Below, piece by piece: positions 38,401 through 50,500 of a DNA stretch of 52,558 bases. The stretch's first letter is position 1. Each line of letters opens with the position of its first letter. A program made the translations under genes and the position numbers. The stretch covers positions 1 to 52,558 of the forward strand of contig QPGO01000337.1 of the NCBI GenBank assembly GCA_008632985.1, given 5' to 3'. The notes under the pieces are model-generated. The model searched no databases and had not been told where the DNA came from. It worked only from the letters and a program-made list of their open reading frames with translations. This DNA is from Psammoneis japonica. Taxonomy: Eukaryota.

Positions 38401-39603
38401 AACAGGTGCAAAACTTCTTTTCCGCAATGCCGCTCATGACAAGTGCATCTGCTCTGGTGAATGTGATGGTGTCAAGGTCCTTCTGCTCCATCAGGTCGAT
38501 GATTTTGCACTTGCTTGTCCCTCCAAAAAGATTGCAAAAGACATCTGCAACCACATTGGCAAGGCTCTCCAGATGGAAAATGAAGACACTCCTCCGTTCA
38601 AGCATTTGGGCTTGGTTGCTGAATTCAATGGCATTGGCATAATCCAAAATGATGGCTCGATTGCTGTCAATGTTGCCAGTTGCCTTGATCGTGTTTTCAA
38701 GACCCATGGCTGGGATGCTCCCACTGCAAATGAATCTGAGTCTGATTTCAAAGCTGCACCTGTGCCAGTTGATTGCATCCCTGACCTGTGTGCCGCTGAA
38801 GGTCCTGCAGAGGGTGCTCCTGAGTGTGATGTTCTCTCCGAGTCCCAGGGTTTCTCTTGCCGATCTGTCCTGGGTGAGTTGGTCTTTGCTCGCTCGTGTT
38901 GTCGTTTGGATGTTGGTTGTCCCATTGTTGCCTTGTCCAAGTTTTCCAAGGTTCCAGCTGAGATTCATTGTGATTCACTCAAGTGTGTGGCCAAGCATTT
39001 GCGGTGCACCAAACATTGGGGGCTGATGCGCAAGAAGTCCAAGTGTGATCCTGGTCTGCCTCCTCGCGATTTTGAATGGCTTGAGGATGATCCATCTCTT
39101 CCGGACTTCCCTCATGCTGATGACCTCTTCCAACTCCTTGGCTTCATTGATGCAGCACATGCCAGTGAACTGTGGCATTGCCGCTCCACTGCCAGATGTG
39201 CGCATGTCCTTGCTGGCGCTGCAATTGATTGTCATTGCCGTGCACAAATGATTGCAGCTGCCAGCTCCACAGAAGCTGAATTTCTCGCAGCTGTCACTGG
39301 TGCAAAACAGACCCTGCACTTCCGCATGGTTCTGGAAGAATTGGGCTTTCCTCAATGTGATCCTGCTCCCTTGCACATTGACAACTCCTCTGCCACCCAG
39401 ATGATCAATGACAAGGTGCCTGCGGAGCAATCCCGCCATGTTGACATTCAACATTTTGCTGTCCAAGACTGGCATGACACAGGCAAGACATTGTCACTCA
39501 ACATGTCCTGGGTGTCATTGACCCTGCTGATGTGCTGACCAAGGCTGTGGGCTGGGTGCTTCATTCCCACCATGCCCGCCATTTGATGGGACACTGCTGT
39601 TGA
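35481..39603 (+). pseudogene. pol: Copia pol (protease, integrase, RT, RNase H) with stops and frameshifts
   Basis: PR QIDAGA; IN WHQ*LGHPS, CPACVQAK, VDFAF, VDQGGEL; RT ALQGHPEAG, QVDDF; RNase H DAAHA, STEAEF, IDNS, RHVDI, LTKAVGW. Confidence 0.93.
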
Positions 39604-39733
39604 TTGTCATCGGGTTTTGTGGATTGAGTCTTGGGTGTGTCTCTCTTTTCTTTGTTTTGTTCTTTGCCATTCTGGTCCTCTCTTTTTATTCGGATCGTCT
39701 CTTTCTTTCTTGTTGAGCATTGCATTGCTCATC

Positions 39734-39742
39734 AGGGGAGGG
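39734..39742 (+). other. Polypurine tract aggggaggg
   Basis: Immediately precedes the tgaca start of the 3' LTR. Confidence 0.85.
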
Positions 39743-40175
39743 TGACAGGCCTGTTCCAGCTCCTGGTGCTCCGAGCGGGTTCCATTCCCATCATTTGGCA
39801 GTTTGTGCATTTGGTGCAATTGGCTTTTTCCAAACCCGTTTTTTGCCAAATCGAGTGGCAAGTGTGCACTTTACATGCATTTTTGGGTGTACACTCACCT
39901 TTCGATTTTCGAAACGATCAAAATTGAAGGAGTTGATTGCGCCAAACTGCGCAGAAAATCGGCCTCTCGCGTGATAAAAAGCAGATCACCTGGAGCTGGA
40001 ACAGGCCGACAGACATCTGAGATGGGGAGCACACTCCCTTCTGTCGGACAGACTGGCATGGACAGCATGGAGAGATCTGATGATCTCTCCTTTGCTCACT
40101 TTCTTTCTCATCTGGCACACGATTGTCATCTGTCCCAGACATCCGTTAGATTGTCCCGATGCCACTGGTCTGCAA
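39743..40175 (+). repeat. 3' LTR, interrupted after its fifth base by a MITE
   Basis: tgaca [MITE] gaca gacatctgagatgggg...ctggtctgcaa. Confidence 0.9.
39748..40007. mobile_element. 260-bp MITE with 4-bp TSD GACA, TIR related to the elements at 17260 and 20174
   Basis: gaca|ggcctgttccagctcctggtg ... cacctggagctggaacaggcc|gaca; the 5' LTR supplies the empty site. Confidence 0.92.
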
Positions 40176-41893
40176 TGATGCCGGCATCCGGCATTCAAAC
40201 AAGCACATGACAAAACACAACCTGGTCATTCTGCTGGAAAGCAGCCCCCAACCGAGTGCCATCAGGACATGCTCCTCCAACTCCCACCCCATGCAAATGA
40301 GTGTCCTCAAGTTGTCTCTGTTTGGCATCATCAAACAAGGAGGTCTTGAAACACACATGCAGAGCTTTGGACATTTCAGCAGCAAGTGGCTTCATGATGG
40401 GAAGCACCGCTCTTTTGAGGAGAAAGCAGCAAGGCTGACAAGTGTGTCTTGTGCCGTTGCTTTGTGACTAAAGTTGCTCTGCTGTCATCACAATTCTCAC
40501 AAGGAAGGCATTTCATGTTTGCACATCATGCAATTGGAGCTTTGTGCTCACTTGTTGTCAACATGAGCTGCACTTGACTGCTTGTTGTCAATGTGTGCCA
40601 CACCTTCTGTTTTGGCTCTTTTTCAATTTTTCATTGTCACATCTGTTGTCAAATGCAGTGGTTGTGAATGGCTGTCAGCTGACAATCAAAACATGAAATT
40701 TCATGTCCTGACATTGCTGCTGTGGGTGTTTTGGCCCCATGGAGCTGGCCACAATTCACAGAAAACATGCCACCTGCACAAACTCCACGCATTTTCTGCG
40801 TGACCTTCACACAACCCATCTTCTCTGAGGTGAAGAAGCCAACAATCAGATTTTTGGCAATGACTTGACAACCACTTTTTGTTGCTGTGGGCACATTTGT
40901 TTTGTTGTTGAAGCGACAGCCTTGGGGCATGTGTGTTGCATGGGGCTTTGAGAAGACAGGCAGCAGGAGCATTCTTCTGAGAGCTTGTTTGAATTTTTTG
41001 CAGGTGTGCTGAAGAGCTGATGATGCCTCCTTTGATTTCTTGACTTCAAATGGTCCACCCCTTGCTCGCAGTGTTTGAAGTTGAGTTGCCAACTGTGAGT
41101 GAACTGCAAGCAGAGAGCCAGGCCTCATCACATTCATGCCAAAGCACAGCACCAAGAGAACACAGGAGAGCAGCTTGGGGTGGGTTGAGTTTGAAAAACT
41201 GAGCTCAGGATTGACTCATTTGAAGAAGCCATTGAAAGCAGTGGTCATGAAGAGAAAGTGGCTGGTCTGTGTGTGTTGGTTGTTTTGGAAAGGAGCAGAT
41301 TTGGCTGCTTTGGACACCAAGGCTTTGCATTCAATGCCTTTGCCTGGGTCTCTCCACTTGCCCCCCAAAGACAACAACATGTGCAGCCACAAATGTGCTC
41401 TTTTGACAAATGAAATGTGTTGCAGAAACAAACCATGGCTGCCATTGACCTGTGCCATCATGCATTTAGATGAGGGTTTGCAGATGCCATGAATGAGAAG
41501 AAGGCATCTCAAAAGAAGCAGACATCATCTTGTTCATTGTGGGTGTGAGTGTCTTTGTTGAGCGAGGCAAGATTGGTTTGTTTGGCAACAAAGCAATCAT
41601 TTTCAACCATGAGTTCTTCAGGGCATGAAATTTTTGTTGTTGTTTAAAGTGATGTCTTGGAAGTGCTTTAGATGGGAGACAACAACTGAAGTGTCGGCAT
41701 TGGCTCATTGTGGAATTCGCTCCTGCCGGGGGCAATCATTTGCGGATGGGGGGCTGCAGATTTTTGATGAGATTCCTTTTTTCTGCCGGTGTTGCCATGA
41801 GAAATTCGGACTCCTGTCCCAGCACAAAAACTCAGTGTTTTTCTACATGCACAGCTTCTGCGAGGTCCTGTGGTGGTTTAGAATGAAATTTGA

Positions 41894-44800
41894 GACGAGT
41901 TTGGAGAATCCAATCTCTGTCCCGGTTGTGGCCAAAGTTTTTTGCGAACAGCCTGCCATTGGAGACACTCACCGACGTGTTGCTCAGTTGCCCAAGAGTT
42001 GCAAACCCAAGATCTAATCCCAGATCAAAGCGACATTCCTGCCACAATGGAGGGGCCACCCAAAGAAAGCAGCAGTTCTTCCTCTTTGTCCTCTGATGAT
42101 GACGAATCCCATCCGAGGCGATCTGCTTGCAGCAGATTCCCAAGATCTTCAACGAGTGATCCAAGCAGCAGCCCCTTGTTCCCCTCCCAGGATGACGCAC
42201 CGCACGGAATGGATGACATGTCCTCCATTTCATCAAACCACAGCATGCACAGAGTTGAACTTTGAGCAATGAACGATTTGGATGTTGGCGGTGGTCAATC
42301 CTTTGCTGCAGTGTTGGACGTGACAATGGAGGAGGAAGAGGACATTCACGATGAGGATCAATGTTTGGGGATCAGGTGTGACGCTCCTGCAGAAGAGGCC
42401 TTGGCTTCTGCTCCCTCTTTGACAAATCTTGATGGAGCTTGCGCAGAGTTGTGCAAGAAGATCATGGACACATGTGGTGCTCCCCTGGAATTGTGCGATT
42501 GCATTGTTGATTTCATTGAGAGGCACACTGGCAACAGCAACATTGAGCTTGGTGCAGTTCTGCCAAGGAGAAAAGAGTTGATGCGCACCTTAACTGATCA
42601 TTTCCCTCTTCCACCCAGCGAGTCTGTTCCTGTCACTCTAGAAACCAAAAATTTCAAAACCGGTTTGCCAAAACGAATGTCAGTGCCAAGATGGGATTTC
42701 ACAAAGGTTTGGGAACAGTTTTTGCTCGATCCTCACCTGTGGTGCAGCAGAGAGAACATGGCCAATCCAGACAATCCTTTTGGGAAGTGCAAAGCAAAGG
42801 GGCCGGATGACAAGTGCCTTTTGGCGGGTGAGTGGTGCAGGCGCAGTCACGAAGAATGGACAACTGACCTGGAGAAACAATTTCTCGAGTGCAATGTCAT
42901 TTGCCTCGACAAGACTGGCAGGACACAAGGGATGGGATCATGTTGCGGAGAACCAGTGATCATGACCTCTGCGCATGTTGCCTTCAACAAATGGTCAGAC
43001 AAGAGTGTCTGGAAACCAATTGGTTGTCTCCCGGATTTGGAAAAGATGTCATCATCTGCGGCAAAGAATCTCTCAAACAATCGCAAGGCAGAGAAGGGAC
43101 GCTCGTCAAGAGACTGCCACACTTGCTTGCGTGTTGTTTTGGAGCCACTTTTGGAAGTCATGAGAAAAGGAGGCATGAAAACATGTGTGCGACGGGGGGA
43201 TGAGATGCGACACCTCCACGTAATCCCACTGATCGTTCTGATCACAGGAGACACAAAAAGCGGCGACTGTCTCGTCAGACGATGCGGAGGTCACAACTGT
43301 CGTCAACATTGCTGTCGTTTCTGCCTCACTGGCTTCAACAAACTGGATGACCCATGGATTGAATGCAAGTTTGTCTGAGGACTGGATCTCCACCAAGTGC
43401 AAACTAAGGCCAACGACGACAACAGATCAGACCAAGAAAGGAAGCACTGGTTGGGCATCTTGCATTGCCTCAAGCAACACAACGCACCTGCCAACTGTCT
43501 TTTTGAGGCAGACTTTGGCGCACAACCATGCGGTGTTGCCCTTGTGACAGCAAGTGACATGATGCATCTCTTTGAAAATGGCACCTTGAAAAGGGCAATC
43601 AATTCATTTGTAGACAGCATGACACCTGTGGTTGCAAGTGAGGTGGACAGCACAGTGGAAAGGATTTTCAGCAATCACCGGTCAATTTGCAAAGCATCCT
43701 TTTTGTGAACAAACTTCAAAGGAGGAGCAACGTCGCTTGCCTTCCTCAACTCTCACCACTGGGCTGGAATGGCTTTTGTTTTCTACCTTCTCCTGTCAAC
43801 CAGCGAGGGACGAAACGCATGTGAGTCATGCTTCCTTGACAAGGACGCAGATGAACCCATTGTTCCAGAGAATCGCAAGATGCCCAAAGCAAACTTTGAG
43901 AGTTGCTGCCAACCCAGTGAGCACTTGGACTCTGACAATGAAAGGTCGGAGGAGTCTGAAGAGGGTGACTGGGACGAAAATGAGGATGAGAAAGAGGAGA
44001 GTGAGGCTGAGGATGGTGATGACAACCAAAAAAAGAAAAAACACAAGGGAAAAAGACTCAACTGCAGCGTCCGGCAATTCATTCAATTGCTCGAGGACCT
44101 TCTTGTCTTCCACGCATGGCACAGGCTGGGCGATCCACCCATCACAAGCGCAACTCCCAGTTCATCTGTTCAGAAAACAAACAAGAAAATCCGTCTCCTC
44201 ATTGACTGGACAGTGCAACTCGTCCCGCGAACAGAAGGATGCAGGTGGAAGCTTCAAAAGCTTCATGAAACACTCCATCTCCCAGTGTTTCTTTGTTGTT
44301 GCCGACATGCGATGAACTTTGACGCAGGGTTGGGGGAATGTCTCTTGAAAGACTTTTTCAAGCTGCCATCATCTGCCGCACAACAATGCAACCTTGACAG
44401 TTTTCTGAAGCAGGTCGTGTCGCGCATGGAGGACCAAATGAGGCTCAACGCCGCAATTTCAGCTGACAGTTGGATTTTGCCAACTGGGAAAAAGGAATCA
44501 TCAAGAGTCAGGACAGACAATCACACGCTGGGAGGAAGCACGTTCACTCTCACCTGCAACCAAGGGATTGGTGCTGTGACGTTTGAGTGGAGCAGCTTGC
44601 ATGCTCGTTGCCAAGTTCATCCTGTGTCACCAAACTTCATGTCGGAAAAGTGGGAGGATTGTGTTGGTGAAGACAGTGAAAACACACACCTGACTTGCAA
44701 GACAGAGTTTTGCAATGCAAGCGGGAGGGATGCGCACCGTGCGCACCCCAATTGCAAAAGTGAAGGACCATGGCATGACTTTGCCCATGTGACCTTTGGC

Positions 44801-45277
44801 ACACGAAAGGGCGATCAACAGCTTCCCTCCCGTTTGCTGTGTTTCTTCGAACAGGAAGACACAGGATCGATTTTTGCAGTGGTCCATCCAACTGCTCATC
44901 AAGCTGACCAGAGAACTGTGAGGCAACGGTGTCAGCACACAGACTTGGTCAGTTGCTGGCAGCTTGATCACAAACGAAACAACTGGCTTTCAACGCCTGA
45001 GAAGACTCAGCACTCACCTGAGTTACGTGTTGTCCCCATCGAAGCAATTGGGGACAATGTTTTGGTTTATGAAGAATGTCCAGGAGCAGCAGAAGCGCAA
45101 GAAAAGGCCCCATTTGTTTGGGCTGCACAGGACAGAAGGAAGTGTTGGTCAGATTTGTTTCTAAAACAGGATGCGCGTGTCAATCTGTCATTCACTCACA
45201 GTGATTTCCCAACTCTTCTTGCAAACATGATGAATTTGATCCTTTCAGAATTGGCAAAGTCATTGTGGTGCATGTGA
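41894..45277 (+). pseudogene. Plavaka-type (EnSpm/CACTA-related) transposase; one reading frame broken by three TGA codons
   Basis: ORFs 41942, 42269, 43397 and 43769 share one frame. Motifs ICLDKT, EPVIMT, WKPIGCLP, RDCHTCL..VLEPL, ITGDTKSGD, DMMHLFENG, *TNFKGG, QKLHETLH, HRAHPNCKSEGPWHDF. Element ends not found. Confidence 0.8.
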
Positions 45278-45472
45278 AGCAGTGCGGTGCAAGCACCTTC
45301 CATTGCTTTCATTCTGATGTCTTCTTCTGAAACTCCAAGACAAGCTTCTTCCTGATCGGAAGGCTTTCCCAACCACTGACACGACAGGAAACTCTCGATG
45401 CATCAGATGTGTGCAGTTTTAGAGCAATTGCTTCCTCACAGATTCTATGCAGTGTCCACTTGCACGGTCCAT

Positions 45473-46384
45473 TCAGTCATCCTGTGCCATGAAATGTTCC
45501 CTGGCAGCCACAATCGCCTGCTGAAAGTCGGCGCTGTGGTCAGGCTGGTTGACAGCCACCAATTGTGCCTCGATTTGCAATGCCAACTGCAGGACCCTTT
45601 CTCTTGCCATGGCTTCTTCGTCCATGGCCCGGATCGCGGTCCACATCCCTCCATGCATTTGATCTGTGCCTGGCCTCAGATCATACAAAGCTTGCCACTG
45701 TCGCTGCAAGGCAACATCTTTCCTTCTCAAATCGTCAAGGGCCTTGGGGAGCAACGTGATTGCACCCTTCAGGACGCGCAGCGGCTGTGTTAGATGTCAC
45801 CTTCGAAGGAGTGGCACGGCATGGCGGTGGATGGATTTGTCAATGCTGTCAATCGCAGATTGCTCCCTCTCCACTCTTGTGGCATCTGTGTCAGAATTTG
45901 CCCTGAGGCTTCTCAGAAGCAACGTCGAGTCACAGCTGTGCAGCATGTGCAGCCTCAATTCTGATTTTTGATGTCCCGCAACGGAGATTGGGAGCCCCAG
46001 TTCTTTTGTGTCAAATGCGTTGCCGTGAAGAAAGCGTTGGAAACTCATTTCCGCTTCGCTGTAATTTTCCACTGCAACAACACAGTCGTTGTCTGAACAG
46101 TGTGTCTCGATCGACGACTTAATGCACTGTGCACAGATGTGCTTAAATTCGCGAGTGGTTGTTGCTTGATTCAACAAAGCAATCTCAAGTGCGGTCATTG
46201 CAGCCACAATGGCATGACGGGCTTCTGCCATTGCTTCTGTCGATCTTGACACAGCAGCCTTTGCATCCTTTGCTGTCTGTTCCTCCGAACAACGAGCAGC
46301 GTCAGCGTGAACAATGCCACCAACTGTCTCCATCATGCAGCGACGGAAATCCTCATCAGCAGACAGACGGAGTTCATCTGACAT
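45473..46384 (-). pseudogene. Possible decayed helical/coiled-coil accessory ORF convergent with the transposase
   Basis: ORFs 45797-46384 and 45473-45754 read as Ala/Glu/Arg-rich natural-looking protein; no family recognised. Confidence 0.3.
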
Positions 46385-47580
46385 GGTTTTCTTCTAATGC
46401 TCTGATTGTTGTGGTCGTGGGTCCGCCATTGCATTCACCAGATTGGTCATGTGTCAGTCACAAAATTCTGGTTTCTGTGGAAATGCACCAGAGTGGTGCG
46501 TGGGAGAAGTCACATGCGCGCCTGGCAGGATTTGGAGTTTTAAACACAAAAACCCACCAGACGCACATGCAACTTCTCCCAGGGAAATCCCACGTGAGAT
46601 TGTGCCGGGAAAGGGCAATGTGGAGTGTAGAATTGATGGAAGAAAACATTGTGCAAACATGCATCAGGAGAAAGGGTGTGTGTGCTGGAAAGAACATGGA
46701 TTTCTACATGCGCGTTAAGGTGCGTGAAGAACACGTGGGTGCCTTCAAGTGAAGCATGCGAACAATCACAAAGAAACATTGGGAAATGGAGACAGCATGG
46801 AGAGAAGTCAGAAACATGGATCCAAAACAAAGTGACACACGATGAAGGCGACGGCGATGGGATTTGATGAAAAAGAAGGATTTGGATGGAAAGACACCGG
46901 AGACGGTGAAAACAGGCGGCGCCAAGAGGAAGAAGGGAGAGAAAAACAGGACGGGCAAAATGAAGAAAGAGAAAAAGAAGCAGACAACACGACGTCAAGA
47001 GGGGAGCAGCAACGCGATTCTGCATTTCGAGGGACCTCTTCCTCTCGATGATGTTTGCCCAAATGCAAGAAATGCAGTGTGGCTTTTTTGGAATGGTGAC
47101 GAGGAAACATCCAACGCGGCAGCAGCACATTTGAAATTCTTGCAAGAGAGTGGACAAGACATGTGGAATGAAGAGGACGATGCGGACGAATGGGCCAATT
47201 GGAGCACAGTTGTTGATCAAACAATTGGTGCGCACTTTGCATGATGAAAATTTCATCATGTGCAACTGCAATGTTTGGCTTGTTGTTAAAGATCGTCAGT
47301 TGTTGTGAAAAAGGCAGAGCACAAAAATTAAAAAGCATCTGTGTTCAAACATGAAGAACAGCAGGAGATCAACAATTGACCAAATGACAAAAACCGTCAT
47401 GTGCAGACAAGTAAATTTTATGACACAGCAACACAATTTTGTCATGCATGCAGGTGTTGCAATGTCGTGCACTCTGATGAAAGCTTTGGAAACGGGCAAC
47501 TTTCACCACACGTTGACTGTTCTTTGAGACTCACGATGATGGAGCGGATGGAGAGTGGAGAGTGGTTCGACTTGTCGCTT

Positions 47581-50500
47581 TTGGCACATTCTCGCGTGAA
47601 AAAAAAAAATGCACGCAGCAAAGAATCATTCTTGGCCGTTCAGATTAGAAGCCTGCAAATGCAATCGATCCTCCTTGCTTTGTGTGTGCAGCACTGCATG
47701 TGATGATGTTCTTCTAATTCATGTGCCCCCATGCCCTGAGGTGTCAGAGGATTTTCCATCAACGGAATGACAGTTGAGGAGCTTTGGAAAATGGTGGTGG
47801 CATTTGGGATTGGATTGCCATGTGCAGTGTGTCTTTAGTCACACACAACAGCTCTCGCATGACTTGGAAATCAGGTCCCTTTTGACTTTACTTTTCACCA
47901 CTTCAACAGAAACGAGAAGCCGAATTCATTTTCCACATCAAGAACACGGCAACACCAAGTGGACAATGTCTTCGGACCGTCATTGTCGCTGAACCAATTG
48001 AGGCCACCACACCATGCTTGTGGCACAACAACGCAGTGCTTGAGCAGCAAACATGAAACAATCAGGGGGCANAGGTGGACAGGACAATGGTGAAGGAAAG
48101 TCGTGGAGGAGGTTGCAGTCATGGACGGCCATTTGCACAATCGCAAGTGGCGCGGCTGCTGTCACTGCATTGCTTGTCACACTGGGTGATGAAGATGACC
48201 CTTCACCATCAGACCCTGCACCGATGCCACCCGAGGCCCCTGCGCCAACGCCACCCAATGCCCGAGCCTCCGTCCACATTGTGCATGGAGGCGATTCGCA
48301 CGGGTGCCCACCGGCACTGGATTTGTCCATGCAGATTGGTGACCGAGTGTTTGGACCTTGTGAAAATCCATTCCGTGTTGACAATGTCCCGCTGGGCAAT
48401 CAGGCATGTTCCACAGATGGCCAAACAACCTGCAACGCCATTGACTTTTCTTGCTCTGCTTTCAGTTGTGGCAAGGTTGACATTGCCAATGGGAAATCTT
48501 TCTCACTCTTTTGGCAGCAAGAGACAGGAAGTGTTGTTTGCTCCATTTGGCTCAACTGATTCTCTTCCTTCTTGCTTGTTCACCAATGTGCATGAGAAGA
48601 TTGCTGCAGGAAAGAACACACCTTGTCATCAAAGTCATGTCGACATGTGTCCGAAAAAAAAAAGACACACACCGCACAACATGCAAACTGCAAGCAGTTC
48701 ACAGTTGCACCATCCTTTCAAATGCTGCTCAATCATTCATTCCATCTCTGCCTGATCAACATGCGCAATTGCCTTTCTGAAAGCATCCACCTTGTTGACC
48801 ATTTGGGGGCTTTTCCTTTTTGATTCCTCTGTCGATTCAAAATGCGAATGGAAATTTTGATTCCTCCGCCTTGCACACTTTTGTGTTGCCACTTAGAGCA
48901 TGGGTGCCATCGTAAAACCGTTGACGTCTTTGTTGATCTTGTTGTCGTAAATGACGTCATCAACATGCCACCATTGCGTTGCTGTCCCTGATCCCAACTC
49001 GAAATGCATCGGGTTCCCTCTTGGCACCTTGTGCCTTTCATCCTGCACAGTCACCATGACATGTGATCAACAGAATTGCCATCAATTGTGCCAAAGCTGT
49101 CGAACTTGGAAACGGTCATAAACTCACAAGGCAGTCAGCAAATGTGGCAATTGCTTCAGGCGGTCTCCCAGAAACGCGTCATCAGTGACACATTGGTTCT
49201 TCGTCCAGCAATTTGGCCACCTTGCATGGGCACACGACATGCGCAACACATGCACCAAAGACTGAAATCATGTGCAAACCAACCCAACTGTTGGCGCGCT
49301 AATGTGGAATCACCCAATGTTGCAACTGGTCCATCAGTGTTGCCATCATCGCCATTCGATGCTCACTGCACTGCATTTCAAAATGGGCTGAAAATGCGCA
49401 ATTGCAAGAATGAAGTTCTCTTGCAGTTTCATTTTTCCCGTGTGACTTCTTGTTCCTCTCTCACTCGAATGAACAGCAGGCCCCCTCTCTGTCTCTCTGC
49501 TCTGCTCTCCAGTGGCAGAGAGTGCCGTGTCCTGGCAGCCAGTGACCAGCAGCTCTGTGAATCAATCATGAAAATCACACACAACTCTTTTTAGAGCCAC
49601 AGGTGCCTGGTGGCCATCCGTGCTGATGAGGGGTGTGTCATTGTCCCACTCAGCGGAAAACAGCCAATGTCTCCAGGCAGAGACCAAACTCATGCCATGG
49701 CCACCTGCGGTCTCTCCTGGCATGCTGCTTGGAGTTTTGCCACTGCAGCTGACTCACAAAGTGGCACTTCCATCCTGGGATTTTGAGAGTGACTTGTGGG
49801 TCATTGAAAAACATGAAACTGGTGCTGAGTGCACACACCCAGAGCTCTGATGTTTGAGGAAAAATGCAGAGATTCAGCGGACAAGGCTGACGTCTTGGCT
49901 TGTGTCAGAGTGCGGGACACACTGTGCTGGTCTCTTCACCTTGCAACTTTTGTTGATGCTCTGGCACTTGCCTTTGCAGTTGCAGCAGGCATTGCTGCCA
50001 CAGCTGCCGATGATGATGCTTTTCTGTGTTTGCAGGCTGCCCACAGTTGACAACTGATTGTGCAAAAGGGCACATTGAAAAAAGCAACTTCTTTTGTCAC
50101 AAGAAGACCTGTGACAGGCTGCAAAAGTTCCATGAGACCAAGTTGCAGCCATCGTGCAAGTGACTCACATTGTGTGAAGGGTCTGTGCTGCAAGATCTGC
50201 ATGGGGTGCCGCACACAGAGTGCGGTCATTGACTCCATGTGAGGACTCAAGCTCCACATGTTTTGCCATTGCACACACATGTGCTCTGCATGAAAAAGTT
50301 TTGCAATTTTGCACAACACAGAAAATCTCTGCCGGAGCACTTTGGTGTCATTCTTGCACAGGTTGCAGCGACACGTCTCAGATGCTTCTGTGAGTGCTGT
50401 GAGGCTGACACACAGCAATTCCCAGTGGCCGGCTCCCAATCAAGTCAGGGGGCTTCAAGATTTCCTGTGCATGCTGGTGCAGGCTAGATGACACCAATCA

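Larger units (their letters stand above)
32828..40175 (+). mobile_element. Full-length, inactivated Ty1/Copia (CoDi-like) LTR retrotransposon, 5-bp TSD TGATG
   Basis: Two 169-bp LTRs; tgatg at 32823-32827 and 40176-40180; PBS-like and PPT sites; domain order gag-PR-IN-RT-RNaseH. Confidence 0.95.

Noticed and set aside
32828..40175. RNA-level (ADAR-like) or RT-stage editing as the cause
   Set aside because: Changes are on both strands, differ between the two LTRs and also affect DNA transposons.
33198..45277. Alternative genetic code, or TGA readthrough/selenocysteine in TE ORFs
   Set aside because: Neighbouring host genes use Tyr and standard stops; TGA falls at expected Arg positions (WHQ*LGH, *TNF), consistent with CGA->TGA.
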